IMG/VR virus record: IMGVR_UViG_3300028029_000006
Location: 312,236 to 376,235 of that record
Source: a virus
Direction: 5' to 3' (one strand)
DNA: 64,000 nt
The notes beneath the pieces were generated by a model, which was not told the origin of the DNA, did not search any database, and worked only from the letters and a program-made list of their open reading frames with translations. Both the position numbers and the translations under genes were made by a program. Of the stretch, positions 33,223 to 42,987 are shown piece after piece. Within the stretch, counting starts at the first letter, position 1. Each line of letters starts with the position of its first letter.

Positions 33223-33854
33223 TATTCAGTTGGGTAATAAGCGCTATTACCAGGACCTTTAATGGCGCCCAAAGGAAATGGCATAATTTTTCTTGGCTCA
33301 TATTGATTATTAAATAACCCAGGTGGCAAATCTACATCTTCTTCAACTTCATATGCCATTTCTCTTGGAGGCCCTGAGGTTATCATAGTTGTTGGAACGT
33401 CAATTCGTTGAGGAGCGTTTCTTTTGGAAGGATAAAAAACTCTTGGTTCAAAATTATCTAAAGAATTACCAAAAGATTGATGCCATTCACCCCAAGCATT
33501 AGAACCAGGGATTGAAGATAATCCTTGGATAGCTACTTTTAGAGCTTCTTTATATCTTTTGGCAGAAGCTAAATCCATACCAGCTCCTTTGGCAGTTTTG
33601 ACTAAATGACGGGTAACATTTAAAAGAGTCTGTAAATATCTGAGGACTTTAAAAGAATCTTTAGAATTTGTTACAGCAGATTCCATCCAGGCTCTTTTAT
33701 TCCACATTTGACTAGCTAATTGTTTTAACCAATCAATATCAGCATAATTGCTTTGACGTCTTTTTGATTCCTCTAAATCATAATAAATATCTTCTTCAGA
33801 CTCAGCTAATTTAATTTTAAAATGTTTAGCGACCTTATGCAATTTTTTAGTCAT
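33219..33854 (-). CDS. Hypothetical protein with KxxxxAxxFxxKLA leader
   Basis: Likely start ATG 33854 (MTKKLHKVAKHFKIKLAES) behind AATA-N6-CATA-N5. Confidence 0.6.
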   Translation of the reverse strand: MTKKLHKVAKHFKIKLAESEEDIYYDLEESKRRQSNYADIDWLKQLASQMWNKRAWMESAVTNSKDSFKVLRYLQTLLNVTRHLVKTAKGAGMDLASAKRYKEALKVAIQGLSSIPGSNAWGEWHQSFGNSLDNFEPRVFYPSKRNAPQRIDVPTTMITSGPPREMAYEVEEDVDLPPGLFNNQYEPRKIMPFPLGAIKGPGNSAYYPTEY

Positions 33855-33887
33855 GTTATTATGTTGTATTATTGCATTTAGATAGGA

Positions 33888-34226
33888 ATGAATGATTATA
33901 ATAGATTCGAAGATCCAAAACATATTAAATGGGCAAAAGATGTTAAAAAAAGAGACAGATTTTCATGTCGAGTTTGCAACATTAAGAATGTATATTTGAA
34001 CAGTCATCATTTGAACTCTTTTGATATTTTTGTTAGTCAAAGATTCAATATTGATAATGGTATAACTTTATGTCAAGTTCATCATGATGATTTCCATCAG
34101 ATTTATGGTCATGGAAAAAATACAGTTTACCAATTTTTAGAGTTTCTAGAAATAATTAATATTATTAAGATAATAACGAAAGAAGATTATGATAAAAAAA
34201 CAAGACGATATCGTCCCAGAATTTAA
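33888..34226 (+). CDS. Small HNH endonuclease
   Basis: VKKRDRFSCRVC, SHH, NGITLCQVHHDDFH. Confidence 0.85.
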   Translation: MNDYNRFEDPKHIKWAKDVKKRDRFSCRVCNIKNVYLNSHHLNSFDIFVSQRFNIDNGITLCQVHHDDFHQIYGHGKNTVYQFLEFLEIINIIKIITKEDYDKKTRRYRPRI

Positions 34227-34728
34227 GTTTGCGTTAACTGATGATTTAATTGAAGCTTGTAAGGAAAGCGACTTAGAGCCAGAAGATTTTTTACCAACTA
34301 AAGCTGAAAATAGAGCTACAGGTTGGGATGTTAGATGTTCTGTTTTAGGTGGGGTTAATATGAAGCAAGAACAATATTTGAAAGTTCCTTTAGGTATTCA
34401 TATGCTAGCTCCAGAAGGGTGGTGGTTAAAATTAAAACCCCGATCTTCATCTTTTACTAAAAGATATCTTCATGCTTTATATGGTACCATTGATGAGACT
34501 TATCCAGGAGAATTAATTTTCGCATGTCAGTATCAACCATGCAATAGTTTGATTATTAGTTCTGGAAAACCGCAAAGAATTGAATTTGGAGACCGTATTG
34601 CCCAAGTTATTCCAATTAAACGTCAAGAAATGATGGTTTCAACTACCACATTAGAAGAATTAAAAAAAGAACATAGCAGAAGAAATTCTGAAAGAAAATC
34701 GGGGTTTGGATCTAGTGGTAGTCGGTAA
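34189..34728 (+). CDS. dut: Trimeric dUTPase
   Basis: ATGWDV, PRSS, GTIDETYPGE, GDRIAQ, RKSGFGSSG. Confidence 0.92.
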   Translation: MIKKQDDIVPEFKFALTDDLIEACKESDLEPEDFLPTKAENRATGWDVRCSVLGGVNMKQEQYLKVPLGIHMLAPEGWWLKLKPRSSSFTKRYLHALYGTIDETYPGELIFACQYQPCNSLIISSGKPQRIEFGDRIAQVIPIKRQEMMVSTTTLEELKKEHSRRNSERKSGFGSSGSR

Positions 34729-35551
34729 TTCAAGCTCCAGTGAAGCTAACCTTTATGAGTTATTAAAAAACTTAAATAAAGAAAGTGAGAGTTTAGTTAA
34801 AGAATTTTTATCTAATAAAAGAACTTCAAAAGCTTTATGTTTAAAAGATCGTTCTATTATACTGGAAAGAGCTAAAAAAAATCCAGATGATGCCTTAAGA
34901 GTGATTCTTAATAATTACGGATTTAGAACTAACACCAGATTTCGTACAAATATGGTTCCAGAAATCGATTTACCTCCTCAATTACAGAAATTAGCTATTA
35001 TTAATGGCGATTATAAGTTTCAAACAGGTAATTTCAGGGATGCTAATTGGGTTAAAACAGGTTGTTTAGGTGAGATGGCTTTTGTGTTTTTTATGAACTG
35101 TGCTTTTCATTTTTTTAATTTTGATGTGGATCTTCCAATGATAAATACTCAATCTCTTTTGTATGGTGGAGATGGAGGAAATGATTTTAGGGTTGGTAAT
35201 TCCGATCTTGATATAAAATATAGAGATGATAATCCGTCAAAAGGAATGGCTTTGCAAAATAGGTTTTTAAAAAGTTCGCTTCGAGACCCAGATGGCATTT
35301 TGTTACAAATTAGTAACATTACTAACGATAAAAAACTTGGTCATTCTGTAGTTAATACTCCTATTGATAAGATTTGTAAAGATTTACCTTTAGCTTTAGT
35401 TGGGTATGTGTCAATTGATGAGTATAATAGAAGAAAACAACCTTTTGAGGGTTATAGTGATTGGATTGTTGATGATCTAAATGGAGTTTCTTCATTAATT
35501 ATTAGGTTGCTTGATGAAGTTAATCAAAATGAAGGGATGTTTGAGATATGA
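34706..35551 (+). CDS. Putative PD-(D/E)xK nuclease
   Basis: GCLGEMAF...GDGGNDF...DLDIK pattern. Confidence 0.45.
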   Translation: MDLVVVGNSSSSEANLYELLKNLNKESESLVKEFLSNKRTSKALCLKDRSIILERAKKNPDDALRVILNNYGFRTNTRFRTNMVPEIDLPPQLQKLAIINGDYKFQTGNFRDANWVKTGCLGEMAFVFFMNCAFHFFNFDVDLPMINTQSLLYGGDGGNDFRVGNSDLDIKYRDDNPSKGMALQNRFLKSSLRDPDGILLQISNITNDKKLGHSVVNTPIDKICKDLPLALVGYVSIDEYNRRKQPFEGYSDWIVDDLNGVSSLIIRLLDEVNQNEGMFEI

Positions 35552-35914
35552 GTAAATTTCAGACAATAATTAAAGCTTTAGAAATGGGGATGGTTGTTGA
35601 TTTATATAATAAATTAATGTATAAGTTAAGTGGACTTCATGATGACCCCATTCTTTTTAGTCAATATAAAAATGATGATATAGATTTTTGGCATCCTTCT
35701 AAAGAAACTTTTAACTATATGTTTGTTCAATGTGAGAAAATTCCAGATGATTATATTAAAGATTTAAAAGCTGATATTGTGCTTAATGAATTAAAAGTAA
35801 AAAGAAACATTGAAAGCAAATGTTATAAATGTAAAAAATTTAAACCAAGAGAATTCTCATATTTTACAGCCTCTGTTTGGTTTTGTGAAGATTGTATAGA
35901 AGGATAATTAAGTT

Positions 35915-36946
35915 ATGAATGAAACAAAAATGAAAATTGTGTTGGGGGCTGCGTTAGTTTTACTATTATTAGCTGTTGGTTTTATAATTAAACAGCAATG
36001 GGATGGTAATCAGCAAAGAAAAGCTTTATCTCAACAAGTTGTTGAAATGAAACAACTTCAAGACGGAGTTGTTAGAAGTCAATCTAAATATCTTACCAAA
36101 AAAGATTTTGATGATTTTGCCAAAGATATGGATATTGATTTAGAAACCATTCAAGATGATTTAGATAATTTTAATGCTGATATAAAAGGTCTTAATAAGA
36201 TTGTAGCCTCATCAAAAGGTATCAGAGTAACCGGTATTGGTTCATCAAACACATCTCCTAGACCAAAAAACCCCAATAATCCTCCTCAATTACCAACATG
36301 TCCAGATGGAACTGTTTGTAAGGACCAGTTTGGGTATTTAACAAATTCTCAAATGTTAGGATTACATGAACCATTCAATGATTTTAATGTACCTTTAGGA
36401 TCGATTAAATTTGAAGCTTGGAAAAGTAAACCTTGGAGCATTAATATTCATTCTAGAAAATATGTTGTATCTACGGTTTTAGGTCAAGATGAAAATGGGA
36501 AACATTATGTTCATAATCGTTTTAAAATTGGCGTTAGCGGAAAAGAGTATATTATTCCAATTGAGCAATCTGAATTTGTAGAGAAAGTACCGGAAGCTTC
36601 ATTTAGATTTGATCCTCATTTTAGCTTAGGTTTAGCGGTTGGAATAACTGTAGCTACTAGTTCTTTAAATCCGAATGAACCAAAGGTAAGAACTGAAGTA
36701 CAGCCTACATTAGATATTTCTTTTATGTCTTATAGTGAAACTAAAGTTAATCCACAATGGAAGTTTTTAGGTGTTGGTTTTGGTTATGAAACTCAGAATA
36801 ATGATTTTGCAATTGTTGTTAATCCAGTTGATTACAATGTAGGGAAACATATTCCGGCAATGGATAACCTTTACCTGGGGCCGACTGTTGGCGTTGATCT
36901 TGGTGGTCAGATTTTTGTTGGTGGTGGAATTAGGGTTGGTTTATAA
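35915..36946 (+). CDS. Membrane-anchored protein with beta-rich C-terminal domain
   Basis: N-terminal TM helix, coiled segment, alternating hydrophobic strands ending GGGIRVGL. Confidence 0.5.
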   Translation: MNETKMKIVLGAALVLLLLAVGFIIKQQWDGNQQRKALSQQVVEMKQLQDGVVRSQSKYLTKKDFDDFAKDMDIDLETIQDDLDNFNADIKGLNKIVASSKGIRVTGIGSSNTSPRPKNPNNPPQLPTCPDGTVCKDQFGYLTNSQMLGLHEPFNDFNVPLGSIKFEAWKSKPWSINIHSRKYVVSTVLGQDENGKHYVHNRFKIGVSGKEYIIPIEQSEFVEKVPEASFRFDPHFSLGLAVGITVATSSLNPNEPKVRTEVQPTLDISFMSYSETKVNPQWKFLGVGFGYETQNNDFAIVVNPVDYNVGKHIPAMDNLYLGPTVGVDLGGQIFVGGGIRVGL

Positions 36947-37149
36947 TAAGTTTGCATTTTAGTGAATGTTTTATAGGAGCAGTTATGAATGATGAGAAAT
37001 GCAAGAAGAAGGCCAAATTTGTTCAGAAATACCTTTACGTAGAGGACTATGCGTTTATAATGGGTACTTCTACAGAAGAGGAAGAGGAATGCGATGAAAA
37101 TCGCGGAATTATAATAATAGATTTATTAGAAAATGGAGAATAGTACACT

Positions 37150-37713
37150 TTGAAGAAACAAAAAAGTTTAGATAGAATCTTTGTAAACAAAGACATTAGG
37201 TCAAGGGAAGTTCGCTGTATTGATAAGGATGATAAAAATTTAGGAGTTATGTCAACCTATAATGCTATTAAGTTAGCTCAGTCAGTAGATTTAGATTTAG
37301 TAATGATTTCTCCATCTGGGAAAAATCAAACTCCTATTTGTAAAATTATCGATGCTGGCAAATATAAATACGTTTTATCAAAACGAAAAAGAGATTTATC
37401 TAAAAAAAGAAGGGAGACGGCGATTAAAATTAAAGAAATTAAGTTTCGTCCTTCTACAAATGTTAACGATTTAAGAACAAAAGCAAAAAAAGCTCAAAAA
37501 TTCTTGGAAGATGGCTGCAGAATTAAAATTGCAATCAATTTTAAAGGAAGAGAAATTTCTCATAAAGATGTTGCTTATGACCGATTGATGGAATTCATCG
37601 ATTTGGTTGGCGTAGCTGAAATGTTTGAGGATCCAAATATGTCAGGTCGACAGATGACATGTATGTTATCTCTTAATAAGAATCATAATAAAGAATTGAG
37701 ACAAACTGCGTGA
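37150..37713 (+). CDS. infC: Translation initiation factor IF-3
   Basis: NKDIRSREVRCID, DLDLVMIS, CKIIDAGKYKY, KEIKFRP, FKGRE; non-ATG (TTG) start. Confidence 0.93.
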   Translation: MKKQKSLDRIFVNKDIRSREVRCIDKDDKNLGVMSTYNAIKLAQSVDLDLVMISPSGKNQTPICKIIDAGKYKYVLSKRKRDLSKKRRETAIKIKEIKFRPSTNVNDLRTKAKKAQKFLEDGCRIKIAINFKGREISHKDVAYDRLMEFIDLVGVAEMFEDPNMSGRQMTCMLSLNKNHNKELRQTA

Positions 37714-38159
37714 TTATAACTGATGAAAAACTTCTTCGTGTTAAATGCGAAGAGGTTTTACCAGATGAAATTGATTCTTTAAGAGAAGAGTTGGAAAAAG
37801 AGCTGAAATTCTCTGGAGAATTGGGCCGCCCTGGAATTGGACTGGCCGCTCCACAGATCGGAATCAGTAAAAATTTTGCAATCATTCGGATTAATACTCA
37901 AAATGGAATTAATTATAATGTTGATTTAGTTAATTGTAGGATCTCTGACAAACACGATGAATTTCTTTTTAAGAATGAAGGATGTTTATCATTTCCTGGT
38001 GAACAAGTTGATACAATGAGATATAAAGAGATTGTTGTGGTTGATAATATGGTTAAACCTCATTCATTTATAGCTACAGGTATTTTAGCTGTATGCATTC
38101 AACATGAATTAGATCATTTGCAAGGTGTATTATTGCCAGATTTGAAAGTGAATAGGTAA
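37710..38159 (+). CDS. def: Peptide deformylase
   Basis: GIGLAAPQIG, EGCLS, QHELDHLQG. Confidence 0.95.
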   Translation: MIITDEKLLRVKCEEVLPDEIDSLREELEKELKFSGELGRPGIGLAAPQIGISKNFAIIRINTQNGINYNVDLVNCRISDKHDEFLFKNEGCLSFPGEQVDTMRYKEIVVVDNMVKPHSFIATGILAVCIQHELDHLQGVLLPDLKVNR

Positions 38160-38449
38160 AATAATGAATAATGAAATAGCAGATTTAAATCTTGATATGG
38201 GTAATTTAAAATATGATGTGGATTCTTTAGAAGATGATGTAGAATTTTTAAAAGAAAAAACAGAAGAAGACAATGTTCCTAGAGATCAGATAGCTTTGCA
38301 AAGTTTTTTAAGAGTTGCGGCTTTAGAAAAGACATTAATAGAAGCTGGCATAATTAAAGAAGATGATTTAGTTAAGAATCTAGGAATATTAGCTAATGAT
38401 TTAGTTAGTGTTATTGAAGCTAACGGTAATCAAAAATAGAAGGTGATAA

Positions 38450-38758
38450 ATGCATAAATTAAAAAATGAGTCAGATTTCGATGTTGATAAAGGTTTTTTC
38501 GCGGTTAAGTTTGAAGCTACATGGTGCATGCCGTGTAAATCTTATACTCCTATTATTAACAAGTTAGATGATGAATTTGATGATGTGTCATTTATTACAG
38601 TAGATATTGATGTGGTGCCTGAGTTAGCTCAGAGGTTTAAGGTTAAGACATTGCCGACTTTAATTTTGATTAAAGATGGAGATGAAGTAGATCGTATTTT
38701 AGGGAAATCAAAAATAACACCTGTTAGAAGTAAGTTAAAGAAATTAAGTAATGTGTAA
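38450..38758 (+). CDS. trxA: Thioredoxin
   Basis: ATWCMPCK, VDID, LPTL. Confidence 0.88.
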   Translation: MHKLKNESDFDVDKGFFAVKFEATWCMPCKSYTPIINKLDDEFDDVSFITVDIDVVPELAQRFKVKTLPTLILIKDGDEVDRILGKSKITPVRSKLKKLSNV

Positions 38759-39078
38759 TGAAAAAATTAATTAAAAAAATAGCGAAAGAGTATGATTGTT
38801 CAAAAATGAAGTTTACTAAAAATGGTAAATTAAAGAAAAAATCAAGAAAAGAGTTTAAGTCTAAAGCAGATTGGGAAATTATATCTTTTAATCAAAAGTT
38901 ATCTGAAGAATTTATTAGAGAATTTCAAGATAAAGTAAATTGGATTAGTATATCTTGGTATCAGAATTTATCTGAAAATTTTATTAGAGAATTTAAAAAT
39001 AAAGTGCATTGGCATAATATATTTAGTCGTCAAGAATTATCTAAAGATTTTCGTTATGAATTTTGGTTAGAAAATTAA
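38758..39078 (+). CDS. 23-aa Trp-repeat protein (short)
   Basis: MKKLIKKIAKEYDC leader plus about three repeats. Confidence 0.8.
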   Translation: MKKLIKKIAKEYDCSKMKFTKNGKLKKKSRKEFKSKADWEIISFNQKLSEEFIREFQDKVNWISISWYQNLSENFIREFKNKVHWHNIFSRQELSKDFRYEFWLEN

Positions 39079-41119
39079 GTGAAGAAAACTACGTTAGTGA
39101 TATATAATATTTTGGAGGAATTGTAATATGACAAAATCAGATGTTCTTTGGAAAGAGATTAAAAATTTACCTATTGAGATGTTTTCTTTACCAAATCAAA
39201 AAGTGGAATCTTATGTAACAAGGCTTGTTGGTAGTCCTGAAGAGGTACTTTTAAAACTTAAAAACTCAGCCACTTTGCCGGCTTTAGAATCGGTCTTAAG
39301 GTCCCATAAGGAATTTAGGAAAGAGAAGCGTTATGACCGCCCACACGCAGAACCAGAGACTGTTGAAGTTCAGTATCCTAAATACGAAATGAAAGAAAAT
39401 GATGGTGGTTATGTATCCATTACTAGGTTTGTTAACCCAAAAGATAAGAAAGAACTCAAACCATTAAGAGGAGATTATTTTGTTTTAGGTAAAGATAAAA
39501 CAGATTCCGAATCTGATGAAGAGGTCAGAAAAGCTATTAAGACTAGCAAAGATACTAAAACTAGTAAGCCTAGCAAAACTGCTAGTAAGGTTGTTAGCAA
39601 AGATGATAAAAAGCAAGAAAGTTAATGTGTGAATGATGGAGTTTACATTGTACTTGGATGTTTTGGTCGGTGTGATAATGATTTCGTAAGCTGTTCTGGT
39701 TTGCGAAACAAAATTCTTTTTTTAAAATCATCTGATTTAAATTTTTCAGACTTGATGGATTATTTAGATAATATGAGACTTTTTGATCGGGTTCTTTTGG
39801 ATTATAATGCGGTTAGACGTTTAATATTCAAAGTACAAAATGATTTTGATTTGCCAACAAAAAAAGTTTGGCCAGAAAAGATGTTTATGCTCTATCAAAA
39901 ATTTGTCATAGATCATAAGGATTGTGGCCTTTTTATTGATTTAGAGTTAAATGATGAGTCAAACCAGAAAACAGATGCTCAGACAAATAGTTGAAATGAT
40001 TTTATCAGATCAATTTGATTCCTCATTGGAAGAATCAGCCAAAGATCGCCAGCAACCAAAAGATATTCGCTTGTTTAATTGGATTCAGCCAGGAGCTGAT
40101 GATAGTAAGCAAACACCTAAATAGGATAACTATGAATCGAACTGTAAAAGAAAATTTTGCCAATAGACTTTTGCTTCAAAAAAAAGAAGCTGATGTACAA
40201 GGACTTACCAAGGTAGCACAAAATCTTGATCATGTAATGGATGATTTGGAAATCAGATCCAATGATGAATCGTATTCATACGAAGAAAAAGATGTTAAAT
40301 CTGATGTTCAAAAATCTTTATGGAGTGCCGCAGTTCGTGTTGCTGATTATTATGATTGCAACATTGAGGCACCAGAAATGCAAGAGATTTTAGAAAATTT
40401 TGCTAATAATCTTATGCATGAAGTAAGAGTTCAAGGTGGCGTTAAACATGGCGTAGGTGCTTATGAGTCTTCAGTACCTGGAGAATCATTTGAAAGACCA
40501 ATTATTGAGATTGAATAATATGAACGATAAAGATCAAAGATTAATGCTTGAAAGCAGAACTTCAGAAAGCAGATTGGCTACCAATTCAGGGCTTAAAATT
40601 GGAAATAAGAAAAGTGTATTTTCAGCCAAACAAGAGTCTAAACAATTGTTTGATCAAAAAATTGATAAGATCCAAACAAATCAATCTGATTATTTTCAAA
40701 AAGCGGGAGATCTAGCTTTTAAGTTTAAAGCTCTTATTAGCGATAAAACTTTACCAGAAAATAAGGGTCCCCTAATTCAATCTATGGAAAAAGAAGTTTT
40801 ATTAGATTGGCAAAATTATATTTTAGAACAAAACAACCCAACAGATGATAATTTATCAACTCCAGAAGGGTTTGGTTCTTTAAGTGCCATCTTAATGATT
40901 TTTAATTCTTTACTCAAGATGAGAGATAAAGATAATTTAGCTGAATTTAGAATTCAGGCATTAGAAGAAGAGATTAAAAACCTAAAAGCCGCCAAAGAAT
41001 AATTTAACATTGTCGAGCAAGACGCTCATGAGTAGCAAACATTATACAGCAGTAAGTCAAGATCAGCTTCTTTTCCTTCTTTCCGAGGAAAAAGATGAGT
41101 ATAATACTTACAAAAGATT

Positions 41120-41794
41120 ATGCAGCCTTTATCAGATAAACCTAGATCCAATAGCGTCGGCAGCTCATCAGGCAAAAGTTCAAGTTTTGAACCAGTTATT
41201 GGGTGGAAATCTATTGGTAACGAATCTAATTCAAAAGATGAAAAACAAAAAATAATAATTGCTGCTAATAACATTCTTAGTTTAAAGGATGTATTTTCTC
41301 AATATAAAGTTCGGCTTGATGAAACATATAGTTCATCTGGTTGGGCTTTTAAAGGGCAATGTCCTTTTGATGATCATAACGATAGCACACCTTCTTTTGG
41401 ATACAATCCAAATTCTAATGTTTTTAATTGTTTTGGTTGTCATCGTGGAGGAAAAGCTGTTGAATTCATTGCCTTCAAAGAAGGTATAGAGCGAATTAAG
41501 GTAGCTAGAAGGATCCTTCAAACACATAATGTATCAGATTTAGATATAAGTGAAATAAATGGGTTTGATTTTGATAAATTAAAACAAGTATTATTTGATT
41601 ACGCTGATTATGTATTATTATTTAAGAAAAAACATAATAGTAAAAAAGCTTTAAAGTATGAAAAAGATGTTAATTGGAATATTGATGTTTTTTTAAGAAA
41701 AAACTCGTCAATTACAGATATAGAATTAATAAATTTAGAAGCGAGAATTGAAATATTAAAAGAACAATTAGATTTGTTTGAGGAAGATGAATGA
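41120..41794 (+). CDS. CHC2 (primase-type) zinc-finger protein without TOPRIM domain
   Basis: CPFDDHNDSTPSF...FNCFGCHRGG. Confidence 0.8.
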   Translation: MQPLSDKPRSNSVGSSSGKSSSFEPVIGWKSIGNESNSKDEKQKIIIAANNILSLKDVFSQYKVRLDETYSSSGWAFKGQCPFDDHNDSTPSFGYNPNSNVFNCFGCHRGGKAVEFIAFKEGIERIKVARRILQTHNVSDLDISEINGFDFDKLKQVLFDYADYVLLFKKKHNSKKALKYEKDVNWNIDVFLRKNSSITDIELINLEARIEILKEQLDLFEEDE

Positions 41795-42987
41795 GTGAAT
41801 TAATAGTTGGAGATGTTCATTTAGGAGCAAGCCTTTCTCTTGGAAAACCAGGTTTAGGAAACGTTCTTAATAGTAGAGTTGTAGATCAAGTTAAATTATT
41901 GGACTGGGTTGCTGATACCGCAATTGAAAAAGGCACCGATAACATAATTTTAACTGGTGATATCTGTGAAGATGTTAGACCTGAGTATATTTTAATAGAA
42001 TTACTTGTAGGATTCTTTAAGAAGTGCGATTCATATAATATTGATGTGCATATTGTTGGTGGGAACCACGATCTACAAAGAACAGGCAATAAATATACTT
42101 CATATTTGGATTTAATATCCTCTTTTGAGCTACCTAACGTTCATATCTACAAAAATATGGCAACAATCTTTATAGGTGATACAGGTTATACTTTTATGCC
42201 TTTTAGAGATATGCGTTCTTTAGAATGTGAAACATCTCAAGAAGGTTTAGATAAACTTTCAGCTATGTTAAAGTATGAGCTAGTTAGTATTCCTTTAAAT
42301 TTCAATAAAGTTATTGTGGGACATTTAGCAATTGAAGATTCTATTTATTTAGGTGGCGAAATTGATGAAACGGCCAATGAATTAATGTGCCCTGTTAGCA
42401 TGTTTGAAGGATATGATTTTGTTTTTATGGGCCATGTTCATTTTCCTCAAGAGATGAATGCAGAAGATCCTTATGTAGCTCATGTTGGAAGTTTAGATAC
42501 TTCAGATTGGGGAGAAATCAATCATTCAAAAGTAGTTATTAAGTTTGACGCTGATAAACACTCGAAATTTGAAGAGATTATTGTGCCAACAAGACCTATG
42601 AGAAGTATATTAATCAATGTTCCAGCTAATGTTGACGCTACTACCTATGTTTTAAAGCAAATTAAAGCTGTACACAAAACAAAATCTCTTAAAAGAGCAA
42701 TTGTTAAAGTTGAGATTAAATTATTAGATGAAAACTCTGATGGAGTTGATAAATCAGATATAAAAAATGAAACTTATAATTTAGGAGCTTTTCATACAAT
42801 CTTATATGAATCTAAAACGATTGCTCCTATAATACCTACTACTCAAACAGTTGAAAGTAGCGATATATCAACCAAAGAAGCTGTTAAAGTTTGGGTTGAT
42901 GGAGAAAATTTTGAATCTGATAAAGAAAAATTAGATTTAACTAACGCTTTTAATGATTTAATTTTAGAATTAGAAATAGAAAAATAA
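41791..42987 (+). CDS. sbcD: SbcD/Mre11-like nuclease
   Basis: GDVHLG, TGD, GNHD, GH, GHVH, GS. Confidence 0.88.
   Translation: MSELIVGDVHLGASLSLGKPGLGNVLNSRVVDQVKLLDWVADTAIEKGTDNIILTGDICEDVRPEYILIELLVGFFKKCDSYNIDVHIVGGNHDLQRTGNKYTSYLDLISSFELPNVHIYKNMATIFIGDTGYTFMPFRDMRSLECETSQEGLDKLSAMLKYELVSIPLNFNKVIVGHLAIEDSIYLGGEIDETANELMCPVSMFEGYDFVFMGHVHFPQEMNAEDPYVAHVGSLDTSDWGEINHSKVVIKFDADKHSKFEEIIVPTRPMRSILINVPANVDATTYVLKQIKAVHKTKSLKRAIVKVEIKLLDENSDGVDKSDIKNETYNLGAFHTILYESKTIAPIIPTTQTVESSDISTKEAVKVWVDGENFESDKEKLDLTNAFNDLILELEIEK

Noticed and set aside
33855-33923. N-terminal extension of ORF 33219..33923
   Set aside because: Overlaps the divergent HNH gene; ATG 33854 fits the shared leader and upstream motif
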